Below are positions 29,189 to 30,834 of a stretch of 30,834 nt of DNA, in pieces. Made by a program: the position numbers and the translations under genes. Each line of letters opens with the position of its first letter. The stretch's first letter is position 1. The notes beneath the pieces are model-generated. The model was not told the DNA's origin, did no database searches, and saw only the letters and a list, made by a program, of their open reading frames with translations. The stretch is from Caedibacter taeniospiralis. GTDB taxonomy: Bacteria > Pseudomonadota > Gammaproteobacteria > Francisellales > Francisellaceae. The stretch covers positions 158,810 through 189,643 of the forward strand of contig NZ_PGGB02000001.1 in assembly GCF_002803295.2 (NCBI RefSeq), read 5' to 3'.

Positions 29189-30834
29189 GTGTGAGGTGAC
29201 TCTAGCATTGAAACGTTGCCGACTAACGTGGCTCTTGACCTAGACAATGGGCGCGAGCAATTAACCAGACCGTAACGAAAGTGAATCCTCGTTAAGTGTC
29301 GTCAATGTCAGCCAGTCAAGTATGCTAGGAGAGACTGGTGTAGGGTGGTTCCGTCGAGCTTTTAGAACGGGAGCGAAGACTGATATTTAAATACGGATTA
29401 ATCTGAATATGAAGTATTTAAGGGAACTCGGCATATAGGGAGTGGTATGGTTAAGAATAGCTTTGCATGGAACAGTGGAGACCTTACCTTGTGATTGACT
29501 AACTCACTTTCTAATCTGCTATATAAGGTGTGCACCGAAGTTAGCGGAAAAGCAAGGATAAGGAGTCGGAGGGGAGCATAGTACCATCGACTGCAAAGAC
29601 AACAAAACTCTGCATAGGGAAGGCTCCCTACTTAAGACATGTTTAATAAGTAAGAGGTATTAAGTGATTGCGAAAGCTATAAACACTCCTGAAAAGATAC
29701 GAGTATTACAGATTAAACTATACCGATCAGCCAAGCCCTAACAAAGGCAGTGCAGGTGTTGATAGACAGACTATTCAATACATAGAGGAAGAGTTAGGTA
29801 TTTTCAATCTACTTGAAAATATTCATTTGCAGTTGAAGTCTAAGAAATATAGACCTCAGCCAGTAAAAAGGGTATTTATACCGAAAACTGATGGCAAAAT
29901 GAGACCTTTAGGAATCCCCACAGTAAGGGATAGAATCGTACAAGCGGCTATGAAAATAGTTATTGAGCCAATATTTGAAGCCAAATTCAAAGACTTCTCA
30001 TATGGGTTTAGACCAAGACGTAGTTGCAAAGATGCGATATTGGAGATCAGAAAGTATATTAACTTTGGGTGCCGTCATGTTGTTGATGCTGATATTAAAG
30101 GTTACTTCGACAATATTGATCACGATAAATTGATTAAATCAGTTAAAACCTCAATATCAGATAGATCGATTATTAAGTTAATAGAGCTATGGCTTAAGTG
30201 TGGAGTTATGGAAGACCTAAACTTCAAAAAGCAAATAACTGGAACGCCACAAGGTGGTGTTATATCACCATTATTAGCTAACATATACCTACACTGGCTA
30301 GATAATCACTGGGAGAAAGCTGAATTAAATAAGCGCCGGTCAAGTGATGCGCATCTAATAAGATATGCCGATGATTTTGTAATTTTATGCAAAAGGAATC
30401 CAGAAATATATTTGGAGAAGGCTAAGCGAGTTTTAACTAAGCTTGGTTTACAATTGCATGAAGATAAAACAAAGATAGTAAATTTAAACAATGACGAGAG
30501 CTTTGATTTTCTAGGCTTCACGTTTAGATATGAATTCAATCGTCAAGTTAAGGTCAACCCTAAAAAGACCGTATTTTACTATCCATCCAAAAAGTCTATG
30601 AAATCCATAAGAGCAAAGTTAAAAGAGGTGATTTCCAAATCACAACACTGTGACTTAACGTGGTTATGCAAGGAGAAACTTAACCCTATTCTCAGAGGAT
30701 GGTGCAATTATTTTATACATGGAAATTCGAGAAAGGAAATCATGAAAGTAGATCGATATTGTACTAAAACATTATGTATTATGCTTAAGAAAAAGCACGC
30801 TAAACATAGCAAGGGATGGAGAGACCATCCACCC
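29189..30834 (+). mobile_element. Group II intron (5' ribozyme domains plus intron-encoded protein); 3' part lies beyond the window
   Basis: GTGTG at 29189-29193 fits the GUGYG 5' consensus. About 475 nt of non-coding, structured-looking sequence follows. It contains strings resembling known introns at comparable positions (accgtaacgaaagtg, aatctgaatatgaag). An SD plus GTG then opens an RT/maturase ORF. The 5' boundary is inferred; I could not find a convincing EBS1/IBS1 pairing. Confidence 0.8.
29664..30834 (+). pseudogene. Group II intron-encoded reverse transcriptase/maturase, frame interrupted after codon 25, partial at window end
   Basis: GTG 29664 (AAGAGG 6 nt upstream) opens 25 codons (VIAKAINTPEKIRVLQIKLYRSAKP), then TAA at 29739-29741. 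The +1 frame is open from 29683 to the window end. From AAC 29740 it reads NKGSAGVDRQTI...RPLGIPTVRDRIVQ...YGFRP.RSC..A...DADIKGYFDNIDH...GTPQGGVISPLLANIYL...IRYADDFVI (YADD 30364-30375)...LGF.F...RGWCNYF (X/maturase). Hand translation found no stop up to 30834. Confidence 0.85.

Noticed and set aside
1-30834. Search for CRISPR arrays, tRNA/rRNA/tmRNA genes, IS elements with terminal inverted repeats, toxin-antitoxin pairs and known defence-system signatures
   Set aside because: I found no regularly spaced short repeats and no T-loop/anticodon-arm-like structures in the spacers. There is no transposase or integrase ORF apart from the intron RT, and no small paired ORFs. The only repeats are the 158-bp and 21-bp tandems reported above.

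Overview
This 30.8-kb window comes from a low-GC gammaproteobacterial chromosome. Gene content and style look Legionellales-like, but I cannot verify the taxon. About 85% of it is ordinary core housekeeping DNA, mostly on the minus strand: a cation:proton antiporter, lolA, ftsK, an aromatic amino-acid permease (+), rsmE (+), yhdP, rng, rlmN, an RND pump with its adaptor and dsbB, an MFS transporter, mutS, gltA and rpoS. Synteny blocks known from E. coli (ftsK-lolA, rng-yhdP) are conserved. I see no CRISPR array, tRNA or rRNA gene, and no recognisable multi-gene defence, toxin or secretion system. The unusual material sits at the two ends. At the left end (1-1092), a 5' fragment of an M20 amidohydrolase gene abuts a G-rich non-coding island containing a perfect 2 x 158-bp tandem duplication. 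At the right end (27.1-30.8 kb) there are three items. The first is an orphan sensor histidine kinase gene broken by two compensating frameshifts. The second is a Thr/Ser/Pro-rich orphan ORF. The third is a group II intron that runs off the window edge; its reverse-transcriptase ORF is missing from the supplied track because it has no stop in the window, and it is interrupted by a stop after codon 25. Both ends look like gene decay and mobile-element activity rather than a coherent new system. The tandem G-rich/GGA-rich module is the item I understand least. All functional calls rest on my reading of the translated ORFs (motifs, length, synteny). No database search was run.
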